A stretch of 64,000 nt of DNA, taken from NCBI GenBank assembly GCA_964559985.1, contig CAZLJX010000004.1, positions 24,571 through 88,570 of the forward strand, read 5' to 3'. Source of the DNA: an uncultured Bacteroidales bacterium. Lineage in GTDB: Bacteria; Bacteroidota; Bacteroidia; Bacteroidales; CAZLJX01. A program made the position numbers and the translations under genes. Positions 17,611 through 28,100 of this stretch are shown piece by piece (the stretch's first letter is position 1; each line of letters begins with the position of its first letter). The notes below the pieces were generated by a model. That model ran no database searches. It saw nothing but the letters and a program-made list of their open reading frames with translations, and was not told where the DNA came from.

Positions 17611-20600
17611 ATGCAAATGAGAAAAGTACTTTATTTATTGATTCTAGCTATAAATTGGCTGGATCTTTTTCCGCAATCGGCTACAGTGACACTAAGGCCT
17701 CAGTATATAGATCTATCGTCTGCAACAGCGCAAAGTGGTGTATTAATGACTTTGTCATCCTATTCCAGTAATGATGCAAAGTATAGGCTTTATAACGGTG
17801 CCAATCAATACAATTGCTGGGATGGAACCCAATATGTTACATCAACCGCATATGCCAGCGGACCTTCAGTGCCAGGTACACCTACTACTTCTACAACATT
17901 CTGGATATTATTCCAGAGAGGTGCAAATAATGCTACTGCCGCTTCGTATCGCGACAGGCTTGGACCTGCATATTCTTCAAATTATCAAACTGTAGCATTG
18001 TCGGCAGCAACTTCAATTACAACTCCCTTTACTCTTAGCGGTAATGTTACTGCCGGAGGTGGAAATAACCTTGACGTTAAATACGCAGTACTTGGATGGT
18101 CAACAACAAATTTAATTACGGTTACATCAACCGATTTAACGACAGGTTCTTTTTCATTGGTAGCTCCTGATGGTACGACAATCGATAAAATTGAAATCAG
18201 AAAAACTAATAATACCAGCATAACAGAAAAAACCGGCTCATGGACAAGTACAGGTTCAGTAGGTAACATTTCTCTTGGATCAGTTTCAGATCCCGAACCC
18301 ACTAACCATGTGGAAAATCTTGATGTCATTATGCCTAATCCGGGCACTATGACGGTTAGCTACACTGAAAATGACGGAGCCCAACCTCCGCACGGCTACC
18401 TGATTATTGTTAATACATTACCAATAACCCCGCCAACAGATGGTGTTCCACAATCAAACGATAATGACCTCAGTTCAACCGGTGGTGTTATGAATGTCAG
18501 TCATGGAGTAGTTTCGGTAAATTTTTACAATCCTCTGCCTGGCCAAACTTATAATGTTACTGTTTACCCATATACAAATACCGGAGTTAGTATTGACTAT
18601 AAAACCGGTGGAGATGTTCCTGAAATTCAATTTGAAGCGCCTGCATTTACCGTAGCAAAATATTTTGACGATAATACCCAGGGGAATGCCATTGTTAAAG
18701 ATGAAGAAGGTGCCCAGTCATGGGGATTTTCAAGTGGATTTGCACGTATGAACGGCTATTCGGGTGCTTCTATTCCGAATACCGACTGGCTTATTCTGCC
18801 ACAGGTAAATCTTAGTGCCACCAGTTACCTGACTTTTATTACCCGCTGGCATTTTGGCAGCCTGGATGCCGATGATTACCTGAAACTGATGTATTCGCAG
18901 GATTATGACGGGACGGGAGCTCCATCAGGATTTACATGGAATGAAGTCAGTTTTAACATAGGAGCCGATAATGCATGGACAAACTCTGGCCCGATAAAAA
19001 TACCAGTAACCGGAAACACTTATATCGCATTTAAATATAAAAGTAATGATGGCGCCCGCCAGTGGGATGTTGACGAAGTACTTATTGCTTCACAAGTCGT
19101 GTTTACAGGTGCTTCAAGCAATGATATGTCTGATCCGGCCAACTGGACTGGTGGTGTTTTCCCTGAAACATTTTCGGTTGTTAAAATTGAAAATACCCTT
19201 GGCGTTATCAGCGGAACACTTGAATGTCAGCACATGATGATTGAGCCTGCAGGTAAATTAACTGTTAACGGAGGAGGTACACTCACAGTAAATGGTGAAT
19301 TATATATCAAAGCCAACGGAACAGGCAGAGGTTCATTTATTCCTTTGGGAACAGCTACCTATTCTACCGGTACCGTAGAAATATTTTTTGAAAATATGCT
19401 TCAAAACTACCATTTCTCTATTCCTGTTACTACTGCCAAGGCTAGTGTAATGGGTGACCTTAATGTAAACTTCCTGTATGAATACAATACAGCTGGTTCT
19501 TCATGGTCGCGCATCACCGATGGCAATGCCGATCTGGTAGCGGGTAAAGGATATGTTTATAAAAATACATCCGGCAGTTATACCGCTAAATTTACCGGAA
19601 CTATTGCCAACGGGACCATCAATCCTCCAGTGCTAAGCAATACTGGTAACAACTGGTGGCTGGTAGGTAATTCTTATCCCTCGGCTATTGATCTTGGCTG
19701 TGGCGACACTCCCATAGGTGGCTGGGTAATGACAGACCTTAGACCAACATTTTATACCCGCACCAATGGTGCCGTAGTTACTTATAACTGGACAGGCCCG
19801 GGAGGCGGGGTTAACGGAGGTAGCAGGTATTTTGCCAACAACCATGCAATATGGATTAAAGTTACCGGTGCAAGCCCGGCATTTACCATGGCAAATACTG
19901 TCAGGGTACATAACGATGTTACTTTCCTGAAAGCATCTGAAATAATGCCTGTTTTAAGGCTTTCGGCTGTTAACGGAGATTTCAGCGACGAAACCCTTAT
20001 CCGTTTCCATAGCAATTCGCTAACAGGATTGGACGATTATGACAGTGAAAAAATGCTGACCGAAGATACACGTTATGCAGAAATTTATACGATTTCAGAA
20101 AATAGCAAACTGGCAATCAATACCTACCCCGAAACAGGAGACCGCCTTGAAATACCTGTAGGTTTCCGTTGTAAAGCTGATGGCCAATATACCATCAAGG
20201 TTTCTGAAATGGCAAATTTCCCCGCTGATGTAACCATATTACTGGCCGATAATCAATTAAACAAAATTGTTGACTTGAACATAACCCAATCCTATGCCTT
20301 TTTCAGCACAGTTACCGATAACAGTTCACGTTTTACCCTATATTTCATCAAAGGCCTGGTACCCGACGACCTTAGCGGAGATAATGGCATAGCTGCCGGA
20401 ATGGGTGAAAATAACCAGAACAAAATTAAAATATATGGTTACAACAACCAGATTCTGGTGAGCACGCCCGAAACTTCCGGTAAAATTATGGTTTACGATT
20501 TAACCGGCAAACTGGTAACCGATGTTACCATGAACGGGAATAATTACAGCATCAACGTTGAAAACAAAGGATATTATATGGTTAAAGTTGCAACCAGTCA

Positions 20601-20634
20601 ACAGGTTATTACACGTAAAGTGTTTGTAAAATAA
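17611..20634 (+). CDS. Large secreted protein with a T9SS C-terminal sorting domain
   Basis: 1007 aa. Signal peptide, a central region resembling the choice-of-anchor J / MAM-like module (DWLILPQVNL...WDVDEVLI), and a C-terminus KIMVYDLTGKLV...GYYMVKVATSQQVITRKVFVK typical of Por/T9SS tails. Confidence 0.85.
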   Translation: MQMRKVLYLLILAINWLDLFPQSATVTLRPQYIDLSSATAQSGVLMTLSSYSSNDAKYRLYNGANQYNCWDGTQYVTSTAYASGPSVPGTPTTSTTFWILFQRGANNATAASYRDRLGPAYSSNYQTVALSAATSITTPFTLSGNVTAGGGNNLDVKYAVLGWSTTNLITVTSTDLTTGSFSLVAPDGTTIDKIEIRKTNNTSITEKTGSWTSTGSVGNISLGSVSDPEPTNHVENLDVIMPNPGTMTVSYTENDGAQPPHGYLIIVNTLPITPPTDGVPQSNDNDLSSTGGVMNVSHGVVSVNFYNPLPGQTYNVTVYPYTNTGVSIDYKTGGDVPEIQFEAPAFTVAKYFDDNTQGNAIVKDEEGAQSWGFSSGFARMNGYSGASIPNTDWLILPQVNLSATSYLTFITRWHFGSLDADDYLKLMYSQDYDGTGAPSGFTWNEVSFNIGADNAWTNSGPIKIPVTGNTYIAFKYKSNDGARQWDVDEVLIASQVVFTGASSNDMSDPANWTGGVFPETFSVVKIENTLGVISGTLECQHMMIEPAGKLTVNGGGTLTVNGELYIKANGTGRGSFIPLGTATYSTGTVEIFFENMLQNYHFSIPVTTAKASVMGDLNVNFLYEYNTAGSSWSRITDGNADLVAGKGYVYKNTSGSYTAKFTGTIANGTINPPVLSNTGNNWWLVGNSYPSAIDLGCGDTPIGGWVMTDLRPTFYTRTNGAVVTYNWTGPGGGVNGGSRYFANNHAIWIKVTGASPAFTMANTVRVHNDVTFLKASEIMPVLRLSAVNGDFSDETLIRFHSNSLTGLDDYDSEKMLTEDTRYAEIYTISENSKLAINTYPETGDRLEIPVGFRCKADGQYTIKVSEMANFPADVTILLADNQLNKIVDLNITQSYAFFSTVTDNSSRFTLYFIKGLVPDDLSGDNGIAAGMGENNQNKIKIYGYNNQILVSTPETSGKIMVYDLTGKLVTDVTMNGNNYSINVENKGYYMVKVATSQQVITRKVFVK

Positions 20635-20636
20635 TA

Positions 20637-20930
20637 TTGACTATTAAAATGACGCGCATTTATAAACATACAGGCCAGATGATGGTGAAAGAAATAGGCA
20701 ATGAAAAAATTCTTGTCCCCCTGCGCAGCAATGTGGCCGATATGGAACAGATTTATACCCTCAACGAAACAGCAGCTTTTATATGGGAACGCATGAATGG
20801 CAAACATTCAACCGATGAAATTGCCAGTCAGCTTGCTGATGAATACGATGTAAAGCTTGAAACTGCTGTTACCGATGTGGAAGAATTTGTAACTGAAATG
20901 CGTGATTTTCTTGAATTGATAAACGGATAA
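20637..20930 (+). CDS. PqqD-family protein (RiPP recognition element, lasso B1-like)
   Basis: 97 aa. The pattern ...EKILVPL......IYTLNETAAFIWERMNGKHSTDEIASQLADEYDV....AVTDVEEFV matches the PqqD fold. The track start is TTG at 20637; ATG at 20649 (MTRIYK) is more likely. Confidence 0.8.
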   Translation: MTIKMTRIYKHTGQMMVKEIGNEKILVPLRSNVADMEQIYTLNETAAFIWERMNGKHSTDEIASQLADEYDVKLETAVTDVEEFVTEMRDFLELING

Positions 20931-20948
20931 TAAATAATTAAAAAACAA

Positions 20949-21098
20949 ATGCTTATGAAAATAGAAAAAAAGGCTTTAAAAAAGGTTTACTCAAAACCAG
21001 CCGTAGGTAAAATAAAAATCGACCGTGGTATTTCAATGGTGATGCAATCAGACCCTCCGGGCGACCCCGGGATGAAAACCGGAAACCCTTTTAAATAG
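20949..21098 (+). CDS. Candidate RiPP precursor peptide (49 aa), not in the ORF track
   Basis: ATG at 20949 to TAG at 21096-21098, translating to MLMKIEKKALKKVYSKPAVGKIKIDRGISMVMQSDPPGDPGMKTGNPFK. It starts 18 nt after the PqqD gene. The Lys-rich leader has a YSKPAV motif (compare the lasso-leader YxxPxL and the paeninodin YSKPSL). The C-terminal part is rich in Pro, Gly and Asp, and a strong hairpin follows. Confidence 0.55.
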   Translation: MLMKIEKKALKKVYSKPAVGKIKIDRGISMVMQSDPPGDPGMKTGNPFK

Positions 21099-21118
21099 AA
21101 TTTTTCAGGAATAAAAAC

Positions 21119-21151
21119 GGAGGTTTCGTCTTTGGCGAAACCTCTTTTTTT
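21119..21151 (+). terminator. Rho-independent terminator/attenuator directly after the precursor ORF
   Basis: GAGGTTTCG (21120-21128) pairs with CGAAACCTC (21136-21144). The 9-bp perfect stem has a 7-nt loop and is followed by T7 (21145-21151). Confidence 0.55.
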
Positions 21152-21175
21152 ATTTCTTTGCATATTATTAAAAAA

Positions 21176-22081
21176 ATGATCTGTTTCGAAAAAGCATTCC
21201 AACTCTGCATTGCCGGAGTAAATTTCAGGTTTAACCATGCTACGGGGCAATTCCGTCTTGCCCTGGAACAGTTTTACGAACATTTCGTTGTGCCCTGCGA
21301 TATTGCTCCGGATATTGTCATCGAAGTTAAACACGGAACTTCTGATTTTCTCAAAAACACCAGGCAAGTTTTCAGCGCTGAATTTGAACATGGTCTGCTT
21401 GAAAAAATTCAATACCGTTGGGCTATTTTTCAACCCGGGTATTGTATGGCATGCTATACCGATAAGAATGAACAAATACCTTATGTAACCTGCCTTCCGG
21501 GCAAGGATAATGAACCCTGGCAAATACAGGTTCAGACGCCCCGGATCATTTCCGGAAATTGCTGCCTTGAACCCCTGCCCTACCCTTTGGGCCCCCTGAT
21601 CATGTATCACTACTTTACACATCATAATGCTGTGATGCTTCATGCCTCAGGTATTTTTGACCAGGTTACGCAAAAAGGTTTCGTTTTCAGCGCTGTATCA
21701 GGAACTGGAAAAACTACCATGTCGCAATTGTGGGCTGAAAAAGGATGCACCGTGATAAACGACGACCGGCTGATCTTAAAAGCAGAAAATGAAAAAATTA
21801 CAATGTATAACAATCCGTTATATATCAAAGACATTCCAAGGAGTACACCGGTTTCGGCTATTTTTTTAATTCACCAGGCACCCGTTCACCAGATAAGGCG
21901 CATTGAAGGGGTTTCAGCCTTTGCCGGGCTGATGGCTTTCTGCATACAGCATCATTACGATAAAATTATGATGGAACTGCTGACCGGAACCCTTATACAA
22001 ATAATAGATAAAGTGCCGGTATATGAACTGGGTTTTGCATTGAACAGCAATATTGTTGATTATGTCAGAAACAATATCTGA
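21176..22081 (+). CDS. HPr-kinase-like (HprK C-terminal domain) putative peptide kinase
   Basis: MLHASGIFDQVTQKGFVFSAVSGTGKTTMSQLWAEKGCTVINDDRLIL matches the HprK-type P-loop and the following DD, as in lasso-peptide kinases and HprK-related kinases. ATG at 21176; the track start is TTG at 21158. Confidence 0.75.
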   Translation: MICFEKAFQLCIAGVNFRFNHATGQFRLALEQFYEHFVVPCDIAPDIVIEVKHGTSDFLKNTRQVFSAEFEHGLLEKIQYRWAIFQPGYCMACYTDKNEQIPYVTCLPGKDNEPWQIQVQTPRIISGNCCLEPLPYPLGPLIMYHYFTHHNAVMLHASGIFDQVTQKGFVFSAVSGTGKTTMSQLWAEKGCTVINDDRLILKAENEKITMYNNPLYIKDIPRSTPVSAIFLIHQAPVHQIRRIEGVSAFAGLMAFCIQHHYDKIMMELLTGTLIQIIDKVPVYELGFALNSNIVDYVRNNI

Positions 22082-22523
22082 AGGTACACTGGATTTGCTT
22101 GCCGTTGACCTGCTAAGGCAAGGCAGGAAATTGAAAATCAGGCTTTCGGGAGCCAGTATGTTTCCCTGCCTTGTAAGCAGCGATATGGCTGTTGTCATTC
22201 CGGCAGGCGAAAAAATTACCCGTGGCGATATAGTGGCATTTGCTTCTGGAGAAAAGGTTATTCTGCACAGGGTTAGAAAAATAACCAACAAAAACGTAAT
22301 CTGCAAAGGCGACAGCAATTGCTTTTATGACGAACCGGTTGAAACAGAAAATATTGCCGGAAAACTTCATCACATTGAGAGAAAGGGAAAAATCATGATG
22401 GTAAATAAACATCCATGGTTTATGTTTTGGAAATTTGTTACGGCTTTTTGCCCTTGTATTCCCCCTTTACTAAAAAAATGCTACCTTTATCTTCACAATG
22501 TCTATGGCAGAAAAACAGTATGA
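22062..22523 (+). CDS. S24/S26-family (signal-peptidase-I / LexA-like) serine peptidase
   Basis: LSGASMFPCL (Ser nucleophile motif GxSMxP), GDIVAF, HRVRKI...CKGDSN (Lys / GD motifs) and a hydrophobic C-terminal tail. It overlaps the kinase gene end by 20 nt. Confidence 0.7.
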   Translation: MSETISEGTLDLLAVDLLRQGRKLKIRLSGASMFPCLVSSDMAVVIPAGEKITRGDIVAFASGEKVILHRVRKITNKNVICKGDSNCFYDEPVETENIAGKLHHIERKGKIMMVNKHPWFMFWKFVTAFCPCIPPLLKKCYLYLHNVYGRKTV

Positions 22524-24288
22524 ACATATTTTGCGGTCAATAACACTGATCAGAAAACATAATCCATTTGTATTCAATTTTCTGGTTTTTTTATCTGTTA
22601 TTTCGGGTTTTGTTCCGTTGGTTACTGTATGGCTGATAAAACTTTTAATCGATTATTTGCTTAAAGCCATTGAAACACAGCATGGATTTGACACCACATT
22701 TTATTTTCTGATTGCAGCCACCACCCTAACTGTACTGCTGAGCCTGCTTCTTCACTCTTTGTTATTGTGGATAAGCGAGTTACATTCATCCAAACTTACA
22801 GGGAAGCTTTTTGATGAATTACATCGAAAATCAACCGGGCTTGGGTATCCGGTGTTTGAAAATCCGGGAGAGCAGGATGTGGCCTTTAGGGCACGTAACG
22901 AATTGGCATACAGACCTCATCGCCTTACCGGACAAATCATGAACTTTATTCAGGGTTTAACGGCATTTCTGACCTCTATATGGCTGGTAGCCTATCTTAA
23001 CCCATGGATGGCCATTGTTTTTTTTGCATTGATGATACCTGCCATCTGGGTAAGGTTAAATTATGCAAATCATGAATGGGAATGGAAAAGAAAAAAAACC
23101 CGCCTTGAGCGTAAAAATATGTATTTCGGGCGCATCCTTACCGATGCTGTATTTGCTAAAGAAATAAGGCTTTTCGGACTTTCTGATTACTTTACCCATG
23201 AATTTGGCAGGTCGTACAATACTTTATTAAAAGAAAAAAACCAGTTTTTGCGCCTGAAGAACCTGACTGAGCTCAAAGGTTATCTGTTTATTTCACTGGT
23301 TTTTATGGTTGCCTTGCTTTATGTGGCGCACAAAGCCATTCATAAATCCATTACTCCGGGCGATGCTGTGATGTATATGCTGGTGTTTCAACGAACATTA
23401 ACTTTTATAAGGACCATCATGACATCCATCACAGGCATTTATGAAGATACCCTGGGAATGAAAAACCTGTTTGAATTTTTAAGCCGTCCTGAGCCGGAAA
23501 AAACACCTGTCAATGAAACCAATCAACCACAACTCCATCATAATATTATTATTCAAAATGTTTCATTTACCTATACATCTCAAAAACAAACAGTTTTTAA
23601 AAATCTGAACCTTGAAATCCCGGCAGGGAAAACCACGATTCTTGTCGGGGAAAACGGCTCGGGAAAAACCACCCTGGTAAAATTGCTGGCCCGTTTATAT
23701 CATCCCGACTCAGGCACTATTTATTTTGATAACACCGATATCCGTTCATTTCCGGAAAAACAGTACCGCGAATTTGTGAGTGTTTTGTTTCAGGATTTTG
23801 TATTGTATCATCTTTCGGCACGCGAAAACATTGCTTTTGGTAAAATAAGTGAACTTAACAACGATGATCGCCTAAGACAGGCAGCTAAAAAAGCTGGTAT
23901 TTCAGATGCCATTGAATCAATGCCTTCATCCTATGAGACAACCCTTGGATTTCTTGATGAAAACAGTGTGGAGCTAAGTATGGGACAATGGCAGCGACTG
24001 GCTATGGCACGCAGTTTTTTTAAAGATTCGGAAATCATTTTATTAGACGAACCCACCAGTGCCTTGGATGCTTTTCATGAAGCCATGCTTTTTCAGACAT
24101 TAAAGGAACTTGTCAGGAATAAAACAGCCATTATTGTAAGCCACAGGCTTTCGCTGGCACGAAACGCCGATCATATTATCCTGCTGACCAGCCAGGGAGA
24201 TACTGAAACCGGAACCCACTCCCAGCTGATGCAAAAAAACGGAACTTATGCAAGAATGTTTTTATTGCAATCGCAATTATACATATAG
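22498..24288 (+). CDS. ABC exporter, fused permease and ATPase (type I exporter, McjD/MsbA-like); no C39 peptidase domain
   Basis: 596 aa. Six N-terminal TM helices, Walker A GENGSGKTTLVK, signature LSMGQWQRLAMAR and Walker B ILLDEPTSALD. It overlaps the peptidase gene by 26 nt. Confidence 0.9.
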   Translation: MSMAEKQYEHILRSITLIRKHNPFVFNFLVFLSVISGFVPLVTVWLIKLLIDYLLKAIETQHGFDTTFYFLIAATTLTVLLSLLLHSLLLWISELHSSKLTGKLFDELHRKSTGLGYPVFENPGEQDVAFRARNELAYRPHRLTGQIMNFIQGLTAFLTSIWLVAYLNPWMAIVFFALMIPAIWVRLNYANHEWEWKRKKTRLERKNMYFGRILTDAVFAKEIRLFGLSDYFTHEFGRSYNTLLKEKNQFLRLKNLTELKGYLFISLVFMVALLYVAHKAIHKSITPGDAVMYMLVFQRTLTFIRTIMTSITGIYEDTLGMKNLFEFLSRPEPEKTPVNETNQPQLHHNIIIQNVSFTYTSQKQTVFKNLNLEIPAGKTTILVGENGSGKTTLVKLLARLYHPDSGTIYFDNTDIRSFPEKQYREFVSVLFQDFVLYHLSARENIAFGKISELNNDDRLRQAAKKAGISDAIESMPSSYETTLGFLDENSVELSMGQWQRLAMARSFFKDSEIILLDEPTSALDAFHEAMLFQTLKELVRNKTAIIVSHRLSLARNADHIILLTSQGDTETGTHSQLMQKNGTYARMFLLQSQLYI

Positions 24289-24344
24289 GTTTTTAGCCGG
24301 CAATTTTATATCTTGTACCATGCTTTTCAGCCAAAATATTGACT

Positions 24345-25061
24345 ATGAAAATCAAATGCATTATTGTTGATGACGATCCGGCAGCACTTGCTGTTTTGGA
24401 AAATTATGTAAAAAAAATACCGGTGCTCGATTTGCTTGCCCGTTGCGAAAATGCCCTCGAAGCAATTGCTTTTCTCGGAAATAATAAGGTTGATTTAATC
24501 ATTCTCGATATCGAAATGCCCCATCTTACAGGAATTGATTTTTTAAAAACCCTTTCACATCCTCCTAAAGCTATCATTACTTCGGCCAATAAAGAATATG
24601 CACTCGAAGGTTTTGAACTCAATGTACTGGATTATTTGCTTAAACCTATCACCTTTGAGCGATTGCTGAGGGCTGTCAACCGATTCCCGTCTCCGGAAGC
24701 CGAACAAAAACCTGCATCTGGCGCTGATGAACAGGATTGCATCTATGTAAAAGAGAATAAAAAAATTGTCAAAATCTGTATTAAAGATATCCTTTATATC
24801 GAAAGCCTTAAAGATTATATCAAAATTCACCTTGCCGGAAAATCGGTTGTCACCAGACAAACCCTTTCATCTATTGAAGCAGCCCTTCCGGACGGAAAAT
24901 TTCTCCGCATTCATAAATCCTTTATTGTATCGCTCGAAAAAATTGATGCATATACCGCTGTGAGTATCGAAATAGCAAAGAAAGAACTTCCCGTTGGCCG
25001 TCAGTACAAAGAACAGGTACATCAGAAACTGGGAATTTCCATTTCTGGCCAGGAAGATTAA
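24345..25061 (+). CDS. LytTR-family DNA-binding response regulator
   Basis: Receiver motifs IIVDDD, ILDIEMPHLTG and LLKP, plus a C-terminal LytTR domain (IYVKENKKIVKI...ILYIESLKDYIKIHL...FLRIHKSFIV). ATG at 24345; the track start is TTG at 24339. Confidence 0.9.
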   Translation: MKIKCIIVDDDPAALAVLENYVKKIPVLDLLARCENALEAIAFLGNNKVDLIILDIEMPHLTGIDFLKTLSHPPKAIITSANKEYALEGFELNVLDYLLKPITFERLLRAVNRFPSPEAEQKPASGADEQDCIYVKENKKIVKICIKDILYIESLKDYIKIHLAGKSVVTRQTLSSIEAALPDGKFLRIHKSFIVSLEKIDAYTAVSIEIAKKELPVGRQYKEQVHQKLGISISGQED

Positions 25062-25185
25062 AACCTGTCATTAATTACTATCATTTTTACCGATTTTTTA
25101 TTAATTTTCAAAAAAATAAATAATGACATCCTTAGGGGAAAAAAATCGTTATTTATTTGATCCTTAAAAGGTTCATCTGTAAAAA

Positions 25186-28100
25186 ATGGTCAGAATTTTT
25201 GTAAATATCTTCATTTGCTTTATTCTTATTATCATTTCAGGATTTTCGGAAGCTGAAGGCCAGGAAAAAGGGAAACCTTTCAGCAGGCATTACGGCCCAA
25301 AAGATTATAAAGGAGGAACCCAGAACTGGGCTGTGGTGGAAGATAATCACGGAATGATATACATTGCCAACCAGCAAGGCGTGATACAATATGATGGTGC
25401 TGAATGGCATGCTATACCTAATAAAAATAAAAGTACAATCCGCTCACTTGCCCTTGACGACCATGGGCAAATTTGGGTAGGCGCCTATGGTGAAATGGGT
25501 TTTCTTGCTCCCGAAAAAAATGGCGCTCTGACATTTCAGTCCATCACCAGCCTGGTTGACAAAGAACACATTAACTTTGCTGAAGTCTGGAATATTCAAC
25601 CTGCCGACAGCAGCATTTATCTGCTTACCGACAATTATTTGTTCCGCTACCGTCAGCATACCCTCAAAGCATGGACATGTAAAGGAGAGTATTTCTATAC
25701 CGAAATGGCTTGTCGTAATCATTTTTTATTCCAGGAAATTGGAGGAGGCCTTCATGCCATTATCAACGACTCATTGGTTTCAGTTACCGGAAGCGATTTT
25801 TTCAGGCAAAGCCGTATTCATGCATTTTTCGACCTGGGCGGTGATACTGTGCTCATTGGAACAAGGTCGCAAGGTTTATTTACAGCCGTTGTTGAAATCG
25901 CTGGTTATAAAATCCATTTAAGACAACTTCATTCCATCGAAGGAGAGGCTACAGAATATTTTATAAAACATTCTTTATACCATGGAATAAAATTACTGAA
26001 TGGTGATATGGCATTTGCCACCATCAGGGGTGGTGTTATTTTGATCGATAAAAACTTCAGAATAAAAGAAATTTATACCAGCCAGACTGCCATCGGTCAC
26101 GAAGCCTGCTATTACCTTATCCAGGCCAAGGATAAATCTTTATGGGTAGCTTTAGATAACGGATTGGCGCATATCGAGTTAAACAGCCCATTTCGCTACT
26201 GGGACAATGAATCGGGATATAAAGGTACCATTACCGATATTAACCGTCACAATAAAACGCTATATATTTCCACCGCTTCGGGAGTTTACTATCTGGATGA
26301 AACTGCTGGTACCTATATTTCACGTTTTATACAAATTCCTGATTTCAGCCAGCAAACATGGTGTCTGCTTAAGGTTAACGACCTGAGATATAAAGGCGAT
26401 AGTGCTTTACTGGCCAGTACAAGCGAAAATATTTTCCTGATTGAAAACCACCGGGCACGTTCAATATATTCAAATAAAAGTAATTACGAAATTTTCCGTT
26501 CACCACGCAACCCCAGGTTGTTATATGCCGGAACACGTAACGGCCTGCAGGTCCTTGAATTTAAAACAGGAAAATATAGACTAAAAAGTCATATCAACGG
26601 CATTAATTATGAAGTGCGTGGCCTGGCCGAAGACAAATCAGGCGATTTATGGGCAAGTGTCAGTTATAAAGGAGTAGCACGGATATCGTTTACCGATAGT
26701 TCATTTTCACGTTATTCCATCGAATATTTCGATACTACCGACGGGTTGCCCGACCTGAAACAGGTTACACCGGTTTTCCTGGCAAACGACCTTGTATTTG
26801 CTTCGGATAGCGGAATTATGACTTTTGTGCCTGAAAACCGGAAGTTTACATTTTATCAGAAACTGGGCAGCAACCTTTCCAGGCTGCAGCTTAACCGCTT
26901 TGCCACCGGCAAAAACGGCCATATTTATATCAATGGGAATATCGTTTTAAAACCTTACGGAAACGGATATATTGCAGATAGTACCCCTTTCAGGCGCATT
27001 CCGGCAACCGAATCAGATGCTGTTTTTGCCGATCATGATGGAAAAATATGGATTGGAAATCCCGACGGCCTTTATGTTTATAAACCCGAGCTTTACAAAC
27101 CTTCCGAAATTGTATTTGAAGCACTTATCAGGGAAGCATCCCTTTCGAGCGGTCAAAAAATTTTTATGGGCCATGGAAAACCCGAAAAACCTGAAATCGA
27201 TTATAAAAACAATTCACTGATATTCAAATATGCTGCTCCGTTTTTCGATGTTGAAAATCAGACCCTGTACAGTTATATGCTTGAGGGTTTTGACCTGGGT
27301 TGGTCGGAATTTACAGGTGAAAAACGCAAGGAATATACCAATCTTTCTGAAGGGGAATATACTTTTAAAGTCAGGGCAAAAAATATTTACGGGCAAATCA
27401 GTACAACAGCAACCTACCATTTTATCATCCTTCCACCCTGGTTCAGGACAAACTGGGCTTTTGCCATTTATGCCATATTAATTATTCTGATTTTCAGGCT
27501 TTTTATCAAACTTCGTACCCGCCAGATTTTACGCGAAAAAGATAAACTGGAAAAAATAATCGAAGAACGGACTGCCCAGATTAACATGCAAAAAGAAGAA
27601 TTGCTTTCGCAGGCCGAACAACTTAAGGCCATTAATGCTGAACTTGAGAAACTCTCAATTGTTGTTCGCGAAACAGCCACGGCAGTTACCATGTTCGATA
27701 ATACCGGAAAATTTCTATGGGTCAATGAAGGTTTTACAAGAATGTATGGCTATACTTTCGACCAGTTTGTCACCGAAAGAAGTGATAATATTTTCAACTG
27801 CGACCTGGCTCCCAATATTAAAAGACTGATTGCGGGCTGCATTCAGAATAAAAAAACCATTATTTACGATTTCTTTACCACCACCAGAAGCGGAGAAGGG
27901 TTATGGGCACAAACAACCCTTACACCGGTTTTGAATGACCTTGGCGAAACCATCAGCCTTATTGCCATTGATTCTGATATTACAAGGCTCAAAGATGCAG
28001 AACAGGAAATATTTTACCAGAAAGATAAAATCGAAAAACAAACACAACTGCTTGAGCAAAAAAACATTGAACTCGAAAAACTTTCTATTGTTGCCCGCGA

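Noticed and set aside
20987-21643. 218-aa ORF on the minus strand spanning the precursor ORF, the hairpin and the 5' half of the HprK-like gene
   Set aside because: It is antisense to a plus-strand gene with clear P-loop kinase motifs and to the PqqD-adjacent peptide ORF. Its translation has no recognisable motif and looks like a shadow ORF of the opposite-strand coding frame. It remains the alternative hypothesis to test for the 20949-21098 peptide call.
25067-25129. Inverted repeat TGTCATTA...TAATGACA between the LytTR regulator and the kinase gene
   Set aside because: It has only 8 bp arms with a ~47-nt AT-rich loop. In sequence this AT-rich it is likely a chance match, and it is not convincing as a terminator or operator.
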